From a virus: a stretch of DNA of 64,000 nucleotides. A program made the translations under genes and the position numbers. The DNA is taken from positions 1-64,000 of the IMG/VR virus record IMGVR_UViG_3300009448_000011. The stretch is one strand, 5' to 3'. How positions within the stretch are numbered: the first letter of the stretch is position 1; the number at the start of each line of letters is the position of its first letter. The notes beneath the pieces were generated by a model. That model saw only the letters and a list, made by a program, of their open reading frames with translations, was not told where the DNA came from and ran no database searches. Below, in pieces: positions 22,601 to 34,600 of this stretch.

Positions 22601-24673
22601 GAGATTTTATATAATAGAGCCCAGAGAGATCCAAATACTCTTGCTTTTAAACTTACTACTTTTCAAGTTAATTTAAATTTAAAAAAAGGAGTTACTCCCG
22701 TTATTGTTTCTGATTATACTAACGATTTTATTAAAGCTCGTAGAGAATATGAAGGTATACGTTTTACTAAATTTAATACTTTTATTGATATAGAAAATCT
22801 AGATAAAGCAGCTACCTGCGTTAGTATTATTGATGCAATTCCTTCTCAAATAGATACTAAGACTAACACAGGATATAAGTATTATGCAGGTGTAGATATT
22901 TTAAGAATAACTCCCAATACACCAGAAGATTCTGTTAGTTTTATACATGTAGATCCTGCTTTAAAAAAAGATAGTGCAGCTTTAGCAATTGCTCGCACAG
23001 TATTGGTAGAAGATACATGGAAAATACAAATAGATGCGTTACTAAAATGGGAACCTCATACCGACAATAAAGGTTTAAAAAGAATAGTTTCTTTTATTGA
23101 TATAGAAGATAAACTAAAAGAAATTATTTCTAAAAGACGTGTCGGTAAAGTAACTTTTGATCAGTGGAATTGTTTACAAGAAGATTCTTTAATTTTAACT
23201 AAAAACGGCTTTAAACCACTTAATACTTTGCAATTACATCAAGAAGTAATATCTAATAAAGGTGTTAATAAAATAGTTAATTTAGAAAAAAAAGAGAATA
23301 TACCTACATTAAAAATAACTACAGAAAAAGGGTATGTGATTGAAGGAACATATAACCATCCTTTATTAACAACAGACAATATTTTTCAAGAATTACAAAA
23401 TTTAAATATTGGGGATAAGTTAAGATTAAATATTCCGGTAGTAACTACTGTTAATAAACAACCTAGTTTATATCAAGAACATGAAGCGTTAGTTTTAGGT
23501 TATTTAATAGCTAAAGGACATTGGGGAGATTTTAAAGATAATATAAGATTTTCTAATCTAGAAGAAGACGTTATAAATGATTATAAATTTAGTATTAAGC
23601 AACTAATAAGAACACAACCTCATGTTTATTCTAGAGTCTCTAGTAATCCTAATAATCCAATTTTGAAAGAAGTATCTGTAACTAATAAAAAGTATTATTG
23701 CAAACTAACTAAAGATTTAGATTTACAAACAGAAGATTTTAATAAAAAAATTCCCAACTATATATTTACTGCTACAAAAAAAGAAATTGGATTATTAATT
23801 TCTGGATTGTTTGAAGGAAAAGGAACTATATACATACAAGAAGCCACTTTAAAAAAATCAGCAAGATTATTTATAGAGTTAACTACTGTTTCTAAAAAAC
23901 TCAGTATTCAATTACAACAATTATTATTATATTTAGGTATTAAGTCTACTCGTAACAAATATTATAAAAAACCTTATTTTGAAGATAATATTATTTATTA
24001 CAAAGTAGTTATTTCAGACTATGATTTAATACATTTTAAAAATGCAGTAGGATTTAGGGGCTACTTAAAAAGCAATGAATTAGAAAAAGCTATTTTGTTA
24101 TTAAATACTAATACAGTAGATAATTTTAACGATAGAATTATTTCTATCAAAAAAACTATGTCTACAATTATGCATATGGAGGTTTCAGGAGATCATACTT
24201 ATTGTTCAGAATTTATAAACCACAATAGTCAATCTCTTATACAAAAATTAAATGCTCAAGGAATTGATGCTCAAACAGCTTCGTGTAGTCGAGAAAATCA
24301 ATTTATTTATTTCACTTTATTTAGAGATTTATTAGCGCATAATTATATAGTATTACCTAAGGATAGTTTATGGTCTAACAATGCAATCACAGAATTATCT
24401 GAATTAGTATTACGGCCTAATAGACAAATAATACATCCAACTGCGGGTAAAGATTTAGCGGATGCTATTGTTAATGCGGTATATCAATGTCATCAACATA
24501 TGATCCAAACTGGATTAACTTTAAATATAGGATTAAGTGCAGAAAATATTCCTTCTGTAGGATTAACGCCTCTTGCCCATATTAATGTAACAAATAGTAA
24601 AACTAGTAAAGAACGCTTAAAATTAGGCACTGCCATAGATAGACTTTATAATACTAGAGCCAGGCGTATTTAG
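19655..24673 (+). CDS. terL: Terminase large subunit precursor with three inteins (mature protein about 600 aa)
   Basis: Q motif PTQKAIL, Walker A GRRASK|ST, Walker B LLDEVARF, ISS coupling motif, nuclease HVDPALKKDSAAL, FDQWN|S, KDLADA. Confidence 0.9.
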   Translation: MNKSNNNPNEHFFNDFINEMTAANLQSQGNMSIIEFANRIIFNNDPDFQLFPTQKAILKSFYKEPLTQQEQDILVDWVKEERSTWVHDRKYISLVLEAGRRASKALDLNTLIETPEGTKKFRNIKKGDYVFGVKGTPVKVLEETEIFHNHNIYELTFDDGSKVKCDEGHLWKTKDNASKKIGNSTIKTTKEIVNSLFIKRKDGTLEPNHSIELAKPLKYSKQSLLIHPWVLGVWLGNGTSRKGEITASKEDIYFIMNKFNKLGYYVTGESSNDYTYKFYSERLNKELQQLNLLKNKHIPTKYLYSSLAQRIHLLKGLMDTDGTVSKKGKTTFINTNFNLTESVFKLAVSLGAYATRAKYPSSYITNNTKTSSKIYEEISLRSDIFPISVPRKIKRYTPCTTDNNKRFITSAILIPTLPVKCITVEGGLFLISNNIITHNCNSSSAIIATTKGDITYGELHELLSKKQKVGIYTYDFSKNIVKSFLTYDIKSELNAVEQTYLVRTETGKVEIVNENHPFLTWGGKNKPVPYWKQLKDLKKGDLIATSTHLPLFGTHKLDKDYLEIIAIALTAYSLEANPQGKKDFIPKIVKYFNIGIIKKDKFKETLRSYLKNVIDSLSTELLGSLDKESLHTLLFYILKYGRMLMDETAFRENDGYNQTLCIKIRLEKFVGLIARQFLKFGITTDCVPQDKFKKQFWIYNTESIHVLLATFGYDIFKGEEFIRKKLCKKNKSLVSNGSTKENVLPRGIPHSCKGTNEPSKRGHKNILQKYHEENNTLTLQLYDWCTNEINWEYIGEITPYAIEQTIALEVADTHVIGNGIISHNSTMASIIALKEFYDLIILDNPHKQYGILSGSPIAILVMAQSQAQVKETIFAAIRGYANNSRYFTALQNKGEIEILSEEIRCYSKNVSIFAKHTNSKSLVGYTLKCMLLDEVARFETIGEEGKNKAFEIWENIGAGGSTFGHHFKKVAISSAWEPNDPIEILYNRAQRDPNTLAFKLTTFQVNLNLKKGVTPVIVSDYTNDFIKARREYEGIRFTKFNTFIDIENLDKAATCVSIIDAIPSQIDTKTNTGYKYYAGVDILRITPNTPEDSVSFIHVDPALKKDSAALAIARTVLVEDTWKIQIDALLKWEPHTDNKGLKRIVSFIDIEDKLKEIISKRRVGKVTFDQWNCLQEDSLILTKNGFKPLNTLQLHQEVISNKGVNKIVNLEKKENIPTLKITTEKGYVIEGTYNHPLLTTDNIFQELQNLNIGDKLRLNIPVVTTVNKQPSLYQEHEALVLGYLIAKGHWGDFKDNIRFSNLEEDVINDYKFSIKQLIRTQPHVYSRVSSNPNNPILKEVSVTNKKYYCKLTKDLDLQTEDFNKKIPNYIFTATKKEIGLLISGLFEGKGTIYIQEATLKKSARLFIELTTVSKKLSIQLQQLLLYLGIKSTRNKYYKKPYFEDNIIYYKVVISDYDLIHFKNAVGFRGYLKSNELEKAILLLNTNTVDNFNDRIISIKKTMSTIMHMEVSGDHTYCSEFINHNSQSLIQKLNAQGIDAQTASCSRENQFIYFTLFRDLLAHNYIVLPKDSLWSNNAITELSELVLRPNRQIIHPTAGKDLADAIVNAVYQCHQHMIQTGLTLNIGLSAENIPSVGLTPLAHINVTNSKTSKERLKLGTAIDRLYNTRARRI
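19967..20971 (+). mobile_element. Intein TerL-1 (335 aa), Ala-start class 3 type with LAGLIDADG domain
   Basis: ALDLNTLIETPEG start; block B CDEGHLW; block F VKCITV; end IITHN (W-C-T triad); LGVWLGNG / LKGLMDTDG. Confidence 0.9.
20972..22126 (+). mobile_element. Intein TerL-2 (385 aa), Cys-start, directly abutting intein TerL-1; degenerate endonuclease region
   Basis: CNSSSAIIATTKG start; block B VNENHPF; end GNGIISHN followed by extein S. Confidence 0.85.
23171..24226 (+). mobile_element. Intein TerL-3 (352 aa) in the nuclease domain
   Basis: CLQEDSLILTKNG start, GTYNHPLL, end EFINHN|S; LAGLIDADG-like LGYLIAKG / LISGLFEGKG. Confidence 0.9.
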
Positions 24674-24693
24674 ATTAAAATATAGGTATAAAC

Positions 24694-25554
24694 ATGCATA
24701 ATAATAAATATATTGTGCATGTTTATACTATGAAAGTTCCTATATACATAGATTTTAAGTTAAATACTAGTTATTTAAGGTCTAATGAATTTGATTTAAA
24801 TAAAGAAGATCCAATTGATTTATACACAGATCCTTCAAATATTACTATTGCAGACCAGCCTTATATTTTAGCGCCTCGTTATTTTATTAAAATTTATAGC
24901 CCGGCCGACCAAGATAGATTTACTATTAAAATTCCTATACATAAAAGTATTAATTCCTTACTTAAAAATCAAATCAGAGTTGTATTAGAACCTTCTCTTT
25001 CTTATGGAATTAATAGTAGCTATAAAGTAGATTATTATGAATGGATTCCTAATATTAATCTATCAGCTTCAATTTCTATTAAAAAACTTAAAACAGAATA
25101 TTGGCATGTTCCTTATTTAGATTATAATTACACTGCTAACTATAACTATAATTATAATTATAATTATAATTATAATTACATTTATGCTTCAAATTACTAT
25201 ACAGAAACGTCTTCTTTAAATTATTCCCGTCTAGTAAATAAACAAGTTCCTTCTTTACGATCTATTGTTGGAAATGTAGTTACAGACGTAATAACAGATA
25301 GTAATTTTTCAGATATATTTTGTTTTCCTTTAAATAGTTATACAGAATTTACTGAACAAATAATCACAGAAACTTTTAATTTTAATGATGAAAGTTTATT
25401 GTGGAATTTTAGCAAAGCATTAATTTCTTCTACTTTAGTTAGAGATATACAAACTGTAGATGGAGATTTAGTAGACGGGCCTACTTTATCTACAGTCAAT
25501 TATATACTTCCTTTCAGTAATACAGAATTGCTAATTCAAGAAAATTGTTCTTAA
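24694..25554 (+). CDS. Hypothetical protein with (NY)n tract
   Basis: 286-aa ORF; AAYTAT hexamer repeat at about 25138-25179. Confidence 0.6.
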   Translation: MHNNKYIVHVYTMKVPIYIDFKLNTSYLRSNEFDLNKEDPIDLYTDPSNITIADQPYILAPRYFIKIYSPADQDRFTIKIPIHKSINSLLKNQIRVVLEPSLSYGINSSYKVDYYEWIPNINLSASISIKKLKTEYWHVPYLDYNYTANYNYNYNYNYNYNYIYASNYYTETSSLNYSRLVNKQVPSLRSIVGNVVTDVITDSNFSDIFCFPLNSYTEFTEQIITETFNFNDESLLWNFSKALISSTLVRDIQTVDGDLVDGPTLSTVNYILPFSNTELLIQENCS

Positions 25555-25663
25555 AAAAGCTCAATGGGATTTTAAATCTTTTTCTACAAAGATAGAAAGA
25601 CTAGTTTCATACTCCACCCAAACCCCTGTATTTTCACAACATTGATTTTTAATTTTCATAAAT

Positions 25664-28600
25664 ATGCAAAATATAAGCAATAATTCACCTGAAGTGTTTG
25701 GTCCTAGTTTTAAGTCTATAGAAACATTTGGCCCTAGTACTAAACAATTTGAAGATAGTAAACTAGTAGATTTTAATAATCTTAAAGCCACGAAAAAAGA
25801 TATTAATGTACTAAATTATAATCAAGAAGCAATAAATACTTCTATGAGTAATATAAAAACAATTATATCTAAGACAGCAAGTATACCTAAGGATATATTT
25901 TCTAACTTATCTTTTAGTAATAGTAATAGTAATAGTAATACAACGTCGTTACTATCTAGAGTATCTAGAGTACCAGGAGAAGCTAAAAAAATATTACAAC
26001 GTCAAGGATTAGAAGAAGAACAAGCACGTTTAGTAACTATAGGTGCTTTAGGAAGTATAGGAGTTGCTACTACAATAGGGGGAGGAGTAGGGTTAAATCA
26101 ATTAATAAAAAACCCAGCGCCTGCCCTAAATGTTCTTAAAACAATAACTAATTCTAAAGTAGGAAAAACTGGTTTAATAGGAACAGCAGCAGTAGCAGGA
26201 TTATTATTATTAAATAGTAAAAGAGGGGATGCGGCTGAAATAAGTCAAAGTATATACGCAAAAGATACTTCTTTTGAAATAGATCCCGCTGAATTTTCCT
26301 CAATAGATGCGGATACGTTTTATATAAAAAATAAAGGAAAAGTTAGATTAGAAGGGGCGGACTCTCCAGAATTATCTGTGTATGATAAAGTTCACGCCAA
26401 AACTAACAGAGAAAAATGGGAAGCCAAAAGAGCACATGAAAAAAAATTAAAAGATGTACGTAGTGATCATAAAAGATCTAAAGTAGATTATAATACTCAA
26501 GATCAAGGAAACGAAGCTAGAGCAGTTGCAGATAAATTTATTAAAAGTGCTCAAAATATTAACTTAACTATAGAAAGTCAAGATGTATATGGAAGAAAAG
26601 TAGTTTCTATAGCTAATGAAAAAGGAGAATTATTAAGTGATCGTCTAGTTAGGGAAGGATTAGCCTTTACAGAATTACCTTCTTCTGAGCATTTTGATGG
26701 TTCTGATGCAGCATACAATAGATATAATTCTATGATAGAAGCATATCAACAAAAGATTGGAATTTTTGCTAAAGAAGATTTTATAAATCCAACTGATTTT
26801 AGAAAAGGTAAAGTAGATCCTAAGATACATGGATTCAAAAAAAGACTAGAGACTGAAATTAAGTCACAAGAATTTAAAAAACAAGGATTAGCTAATAATG
26901 AATATGCGTTTATATTATCAGATGAAGATACTTATTTTACGCTTTCTGCCTCTTTAGGTGCTTCTGCGCATTATGGAGCAAGTATTGAATCTACCTTAAT
27001 GAAACAAGCCGGATATGATTCGTTAGCTAATGTAGTACCTTATAAAGGATTAGCAGAATCATTAATGGAGTACAATAATACTCTTTTAGGGAATGAACCA
27101 CTTAGTAGTTGGGAAAGATTTGCGGCCCAAGCTTACGACACAGGCTTATCTGCAGGAGGAGTTGGTAATTGGCTTAATAGAAGTGTATTTATCCCTAAAG
27201 GTTGGGGCAGATTATACAAAGATGAAATAGGAGCATTACCTTCCATTGCAGGTATTGCTGGAAAAATATTAGATGAAAGTTATTTATATTACGCAAACAT
27301 GAACCCTGACGCGGCGTTACTAGGGCAAGATTATAAGTCAGGATTAAGAAGAAACGTAATGGAAGATAAATCAGGAATGTTTCAAACTATGTTTGAAGAC
27401 ACTACCTCTTTTGCATTAGCAATGGCCCAATCTTTAGGAATGTACGTAGCAGTCACACAACCTTTAGAAATGTTAAGTGCTAATATCAGTAAATCTTATA
27501 TAGATAATACTTTACAAAGTGTATTACTAAGTAATACTGCAAGAAATGGAGGAATATTACCAATACCAAAAATACCGATAGGGAGAATAGCGGCGGAATA
27601 TTATTTTGGGTCTAATTTAGCATCGTATACGCATAAAGAAGGAGGATTAGCGTCAGCAGTATTTGAACAAAAAATATTAAAAGATACACCTGAAACACCC
27701 GCATTTTTTGCTCATAACGGAGGAGAAAAATCTGGATATAAAGTGCAATTAATGATACAAAGGGGAAGAGCAGAGACAATAATGAAAGGAATATTTAAAC
27801 CTTTCTTAATGGATGTAATTAATCCTTTCAATGCTAGTGTTTCTGGATCTATGCAAGAGCCCAATTCACCTACAGGGGCTAGAAGAATAAATAGTTATGA
27901 TCAATTTAATTTAGCAGTAGACAAATTAATTAAAACAATATCGAAACCTGTAGATTTAGATTTAAAATTCAAAGCAAACGAAAGTTTTTCTTTCAGAGGA
28001 ATTGAGAGTATACAAGTAGAGAACATTAGTGAAGATATTAAAATAGCGGCAGCTAAAAGTAACAAAAAAGAAATACATATTAAAAGAAGTGCGTTAGTGC
28101 CTGTTTCTGATTTTTCTACTTTATCTAGTGTGTATAAAAGTTCCACAAATAAAATCAACACTCATTTAATTCAAAATAATGAAGAATTATTTAAGATTTT
28201 AACTGATAAAAATGGAGCGGCACTTTCTGCAGAAGTTGCGCACAATATCATGTTTAGAAATGGAGGTAAAAAAGAAGCTTTAAAATTAGTGCCGCAAATA
28301 CAAAAAAATAAAGTTGATATTTTATTTGAAAGAAAAGAACAATTAAGAATTGCTAAGCAAGGACTTAGTAGACAATTAGGAGTACATGCAGATCAATTAG
28401 AAATTACTACAACAGGCACAGGAAGTAGATATAAAACTAATATTGCGGCAGCGTTGCAAGATATATTAGAAATGATACCTTTAAATCCATTAAAATGGGG
28501 TTTATTTAATGGATCTGCAGAATATGCAGATGAGTTTATATCAGTAGGACAACTATTTAGTTTTAGAGATGCTGCAGATTATACTGAAAGAGTATTGACA

Positions 28601-31600
28601 GGACAAACATCTATTAGTGCAGTATTTAAACAATTTGAAGTAGTAACAAATGACGTAGACGTACATGGTAAAAGAGTGTTATTTGACCAGAATATTTCTA
28701 ATAAAGTAAAAGCTAGATTAGAGAGTGTAGATAGAATACTGGGTCAAGTATGGACAAATATAAAATCTTTATGGGCCCCAGAACCTAAAGATACTATAAA
28801 AATAGTAGAATTTACTAAACAATTTAGAAAGCAAGAAGTTCTAGTACTTAAGGCTGCTGAAAAGGCTAAAATGGAAGGTTTTAGATTTGCACATAAAGCT
28901 AATACTTTAGATCCGTCTAAAGCTTCTTTAGATATGGTAGTAGGAAATGTAGATGAAAGTGTTGACTTATTAGATAAAGTTTTAGATTATAGTCATGCTG
29001 TTAAAAAAGATGGAATATCTTTAGAAAGTATGAATAGAGCAATAGATAGTGCGGGTATTCGAGATGTTACTGGCCAGTTAATGCGTAATTCAAAAAGATT
29101 TAGTGGCAATGTTAGAGCAGAAGGACTATTACAAGACACTAAGAGTTATTTTGCTGTTGCTGTATTTATGGGTTTAGCGTTAAATAATATGATGCAAAGT
29201 ACTAAAGGAACATCTATAGCTACTCAAGTAGGCTTTGCACTTTTTGGAGAAGATGAAGACCTAGCAGTTAAATTTGAAGCTAATAGATTTATCCCTACAG
29301 AAGTTTTAACAGTGGCTTTAAATAATGCTGGGATTGGTGTTAGTCAAACAGCAGTAAATTTTGTTACAGATTCTGCATTAATAGCAGGTACATATGGCTT
29401 AGGATATTCTGTAGCTAAAAGAATGACTACTGAAAATTATCTACCATATACTTTTGATATAGAAACTGTGCAAAAAATGGCACAAAGAGAAGCAATAGAA
29501 ATTGTAGATAAAGTAGGTAGATCAGTAGATAAAAGTATTATTACTAATATGGCCCCGGGTCATGATTCGATAATTAAAGTTAGAAAAACAGTATCAAATA
29601 CAGACAACATTCATTTTATTACAGAAACAATATTAACAAGAACTAATGAAGGATTTAAAACAGAAAGAATATTACAAAAATATGCAGAAAATGTTCCAAC
29701 TAGAGCGTTTATGTTTGGTGCTATTGCGTTATTAGCTACAAATGCGTTAAGAGAAGTAGCAGTATCTACGTTAACAGCTATGTCAGAATCCCCAGACGAT
29801 AAGATATATTTTGGAATGGTGGCAGGGTTAGGTTTGGGAGGATTGTTATTAGGGGCGTGGGCGGATAATAGTTATGTAGCTAAGACTGTAAAGCAAGGAA
29901 AAGAAGTAGCAAAAGCAAGGGGTCAAATTTTAGATGCTGGTAAAAACATATTTAAAACTAAAGCAGTTACAGGAGCTATAGCGGGTGCTTTTATTGGTGG
30001 AGCTTTTTGGATGGTAAACTCTGCATTAGATCCTGATGTAAAACAAAAAGGTTCACTAGATCCTTTAATAGCAGGTGTTGGGTTAGGGATAGGTGCAGGT
30101 ATATTTAAATCTAGTGCTGGATTAGGATTAGGAGTAGGTATAGTTGCTGCATCTGTTATGAGCGCTTTAAATTGGGCAGGAATAAGAGTAACTAAAATAG
30201 GAAGAGGAGGAAAAGAATTAGATCCTGAAAGTACTAAATTAGTAGCGCAATTATCTAGTTATTCAAGTGCGGTATTAGAAAAAGAAAATAATGATAATAC
30301 ATTTAGTGTAGGAATGTCTGCGTATGCGGCTCAATTTGGAGGAACTAAAACGTTAGCAACAAATATAGCTAGTGTAGGAGAAACGCAAGTAATAGCAAAA
30401 CAATCGCCATTACCTATATTACAATTTTTTGTAGCAGAAAAAATAGAAGGTAGAAGAGGAGAAGTTAAGGAAAGAACGGGACCTGATAGTGAAAGAACTA
30501 TTAGAAAATATAGTTTAGGTATTCAATCGGGAGCAATATTGGGAACATCTTTATCTGTAGAATTACCTATTGCGTATACGCCTGGAGAAGGATTTTTTGG
30601 ATTTACATATAATTCTGAAAATAATTTAATGGCTGTACCAAACTTTGCTATCAAAGTAGGGGTTTGGGCGGCAGCAGCCACAGCAGGAGTAGGTATTGTG
30701 TATAATACTGCGGGGTGGATGAGTAAACAAGTTTATAATTTAACAGGAGCACAAATGTTTAATGCAGCTTCTGCTAATTTTAATCAAGCCGCTGGAGATT
30801 TATTTTCTGCAAGTAGATTTGTAATGAATGCTTCAGAAAAAATAACTTCATTTTTCATTAGAACTAGTGTAAGCATTTTTTCTACATTACAGGGAACTGA
30901 TGCTCAAATGGCTTATGAATTATTTAAAAATTCTGTACCTAGAGCCACTCAAGCAGCAGATATGCTAAGAGAATTTAGTACTGCGGAACTAAGTGTAATG
31001 AGTCCAGGAGAGACTGCAAAATTAAATACTTTAGACAATGTAGATGGAGCTAAAGGATTATGGGGAGAAATTAAAGAAGGAGGAAAATTAAGATATGCAG
31101 ATCAAATTAAATATTTAGCAATAGGAGCGTTTCTGGGAGGAGTTGCAGGAAGTCTTACTAGTGATGTAGTTAAACATTTTAAATTAAAGTCAAGTATAGC
31201 TGCTAACGAAAGTCAAGAAACGTTATTAAAAATAGAAGATCAAGAAGAAAGAAGAAAAGCTATTTATCTTGCGATAGGAGGTTCTGCAGGAGGTATACTA
31301 AATTTAAATATTCGTAGTAGTATTCCTTTAATAAAAAGTTTTAGTAGAAATCCTTCCACAACTGTAATTGAATTTTTAAAAAGTAAAAATACTCATGCTG
31401 CTTCTATGGCAGAAGATATAGAAAGAACCATGACAAAAGTTGGGTCTAATATGTCAAATAATAAGTATGTTTCCATTGTTTTAAATAATAAAATTACAAA
31501 ATTTGTATTTAAAAATAGTGCTTTATTAAGTAAAAATAAATTAGGCGGAATATTTTTTGCAGCAACTATTTATAATTATGCCAAAACAAGCAGTGAGTTT

Positions 31601-34600
31601 GGTATAGCTCAAATGATGGATCGTCATATTGTATATGATAATAAAGGAAATGCTTATGATGATTATAATTTAAATACTAAAGGTAACTTTTTACATCATG
31701 CAGGAGTAGCAGGAATTTTAGGTTTAGGTACTACTGGAATTGCTTCTATAACTATATCTCCTAATAGAAATCAAAGACAAACATTAATTAATTTTGCTCA
31801 AAAAGAACTAGCAAATATACAAGGAATTAAAACTACAGGTGTACTAAATAAAATAAAAGTACAAGGAACTAATATACTATTTTCTGTGAGTAGGTGGGCC
31901 TCAGATAAAGAATCAACAACATTACTTAAAAGTTTATTAAATCTTAATAATGAATTTAAAGACTATGAAGAGTACTTAGAGGGAGTTCGGGGTAATCCTG
32001 CGGCAAAATTACCAACTCATTTAGAAAAAGTAGAAGATGTTTTAAAATTAAGACATGCTTTAGGAAAAGAAGAATTACAAGAGTTTATTGCTTTACAAAA
32101 TCAAAAAGCAAAAGGACTTCCTTTCGCAACAGAAGAAGAATCTACTTATAAAAAATTCTTAACAAATATAGATGAAAAATTAACTCAAGTTAATGGAAAG
32201 GGAATATCTAAATTAAATAATTTAGATAAAGGGTTTCAGCGTATTTCTTCTTTAACTTCTTTTAGTAAAAGAGCAACTGCCTTTTTAGTTGTAGGGTACT
32301 TAGTAAAGTTAGGAATAACTACGGTAGGTAATCAAGGGGGAGAAATAGGAAAAGATAGTTATTTAGATAGACTATATAACAAAGCTAATCAAGTAGGTAA
32401 AATAGGACAGCGTAGACAAGATGGAAGTATTGTCGGTTTAGAAGGGTTTATAAGCATAGGTGCAGATGCTTTACGTATAATAACTGGGAGAGATATTGCG
32501 GATTTAAATACTGTAGTCAGTAGTCTTGATGGAAAGATGATTAAGAGTACAGGACAAAAATTAAGAACAAATGCAAAAGGAATTGCTGATTTACAAAAAG
32601 GAGTAAAAGATTTATCAGAAATGTTAATTGTAGACAATCCTAATGCTTATTTAGCTACTTTTGATTTTGGGGGAAGAACATTACGCAATGATGATAAAGG
32701 ATTAACATCTTCTTCTTATTTTCAATTACAAGGGCCTGGGCAAGATATTTCTACAGCTACTTATTCAATGGCGTCTAAATTTATTTTTTCACAATATACA
32801 GGAGGACGAGGTAGACTTAGTGGCATTATTGATAAAGGGTTAGCTACTTTTGATAAAAATAATCCAGATACTTGGGATGTAGCAACAGTTAATATTAGAA
32901 ATGCAACTAGTATGATGGATGCAATGAAAAATGCTAGACAATATTCTAGAGACACTTCTGCCGCCTTAGCAGGAGATAGTTTAGCAAATATGATATTATC
33001 TTTACGTCAAGAAGCACTTGCACATATTGCGTGGCAACCAACAGATAGTCTTTATACTAATATGTTCTGGGAAAACTATGAAAAACTTAAAGTTAGAAAA
33101 AATCCTTCAAATGTTAATAAATTTTTAAACAAATTAGCCCGTAGTGAAAAAAGTGTATTAAATGAATTTGCTAAATTAATGGAAGAAGGTATTTTTGAAA
33201 ACTTTTTTACTAAATCAGCAATAACTAATGTAATATTTTTTACTGGTAGTGGTAAGCAACCGCCTCAAAGAGGTAATGCTCAATTCATGTCTACAGATAT
33301 TTCTCAGTTATGGTATCAAACACAAGATTTATCTGTTCAAGCAGAAATGTTTAAACAAAGTAGAATAGAACTATATGATCAATATTTCGATAAAGTAATT
33401 ATGCCACTTTCTAGTTCTGGCATTTTTGCTATAATTCCAGAGTGGATGAAAATAGCTGGAATAAGTTTTACTGTAATAGGGGTGTCTGCCGTAATTGTTA
33501 ATAGTATAGCGACTATAACAGAAAATAAAACTTTTAATCAAAGTACAAGTGAATTATTAGATATTTTTGGACGTGTCGAAAATACAATAGGGCCCAAAAT
33601 GAAGGCATATCCTAACGATACTAAAAAAATAATAAAAGAATTAAAAGAACATATAGCTCAGGGACAAAAATATAATTGGAATGTAGATGGACATATCGCT
33701 AAAGGAAGTTCAATAGTTCCTGGGTCTAATTCTGTAATAGGTTTATTAAATATTGGTCAAGAGGGCAAAGCACTTCATGTTCGTTTTGAAATTAATCCTT
33801 ACTTTGAAGCATTAGATGTAAAAGATAGTAATATTTTTATTAACACTTTAGAAACTAAAGGAGAGCACTTAAGAAATCTATTTACATATGTAGAAGACAC
33901 TTTAGATGAAAGTAATAAAACAATAGGAAGAACTCGTAAAAGTATTGCTTCTTCTTTATTAGACCATAGAGAAGTACAAAAATGGTTTAATAAAAATAGT
34001 ACTGGTAATATTATAGAAAGTGTTTATGATATATTCACTACAACACACACAATAATAAGTAAATCTGAATTTATAGGATCTGCTGTAACTAATTTTCAAG
34101 ACAAATTCAAACAAGGTTTAGATAGATTGTTTGATTTAAATGATATGAATAAAGTAAATCATCATTTATTACAAACAGTAATGGTAAATGGTGAAGAAAT
34201 GTTAGTAGCAGAACTATTAGATCCTGATTTTCATACAAGTGGAATATCTAATGCCGATGAATTTGGCCCTGCTACTTCTTTAGAATCAAGAAAACAAGTA
34301 TACATACAAAAATATCAAGAAGCCAAATTAAAGTTTCAAAAAGAAGTACAAGAAATTGTAGAACAAGAATATTCTAAAATTGCTTTTAAGGGTAAGGGTT
34401 CAACTTTAATAGACGATACTGCTCAAATTGCAGAAGCAAACCGAAAAGCTCTTATGGCTATAAAAACAAAAATGGTTGACCCTAGTAGCTCTATTGGAGC
34501 TGTTGTAAAAGGTGCAGGAATAATACAAGCTACTACTTTACTAGATCAACAAGCAACTATAAGCGAAGCAACAAAAGGTTCTCAAAGAAAATCAAATAAA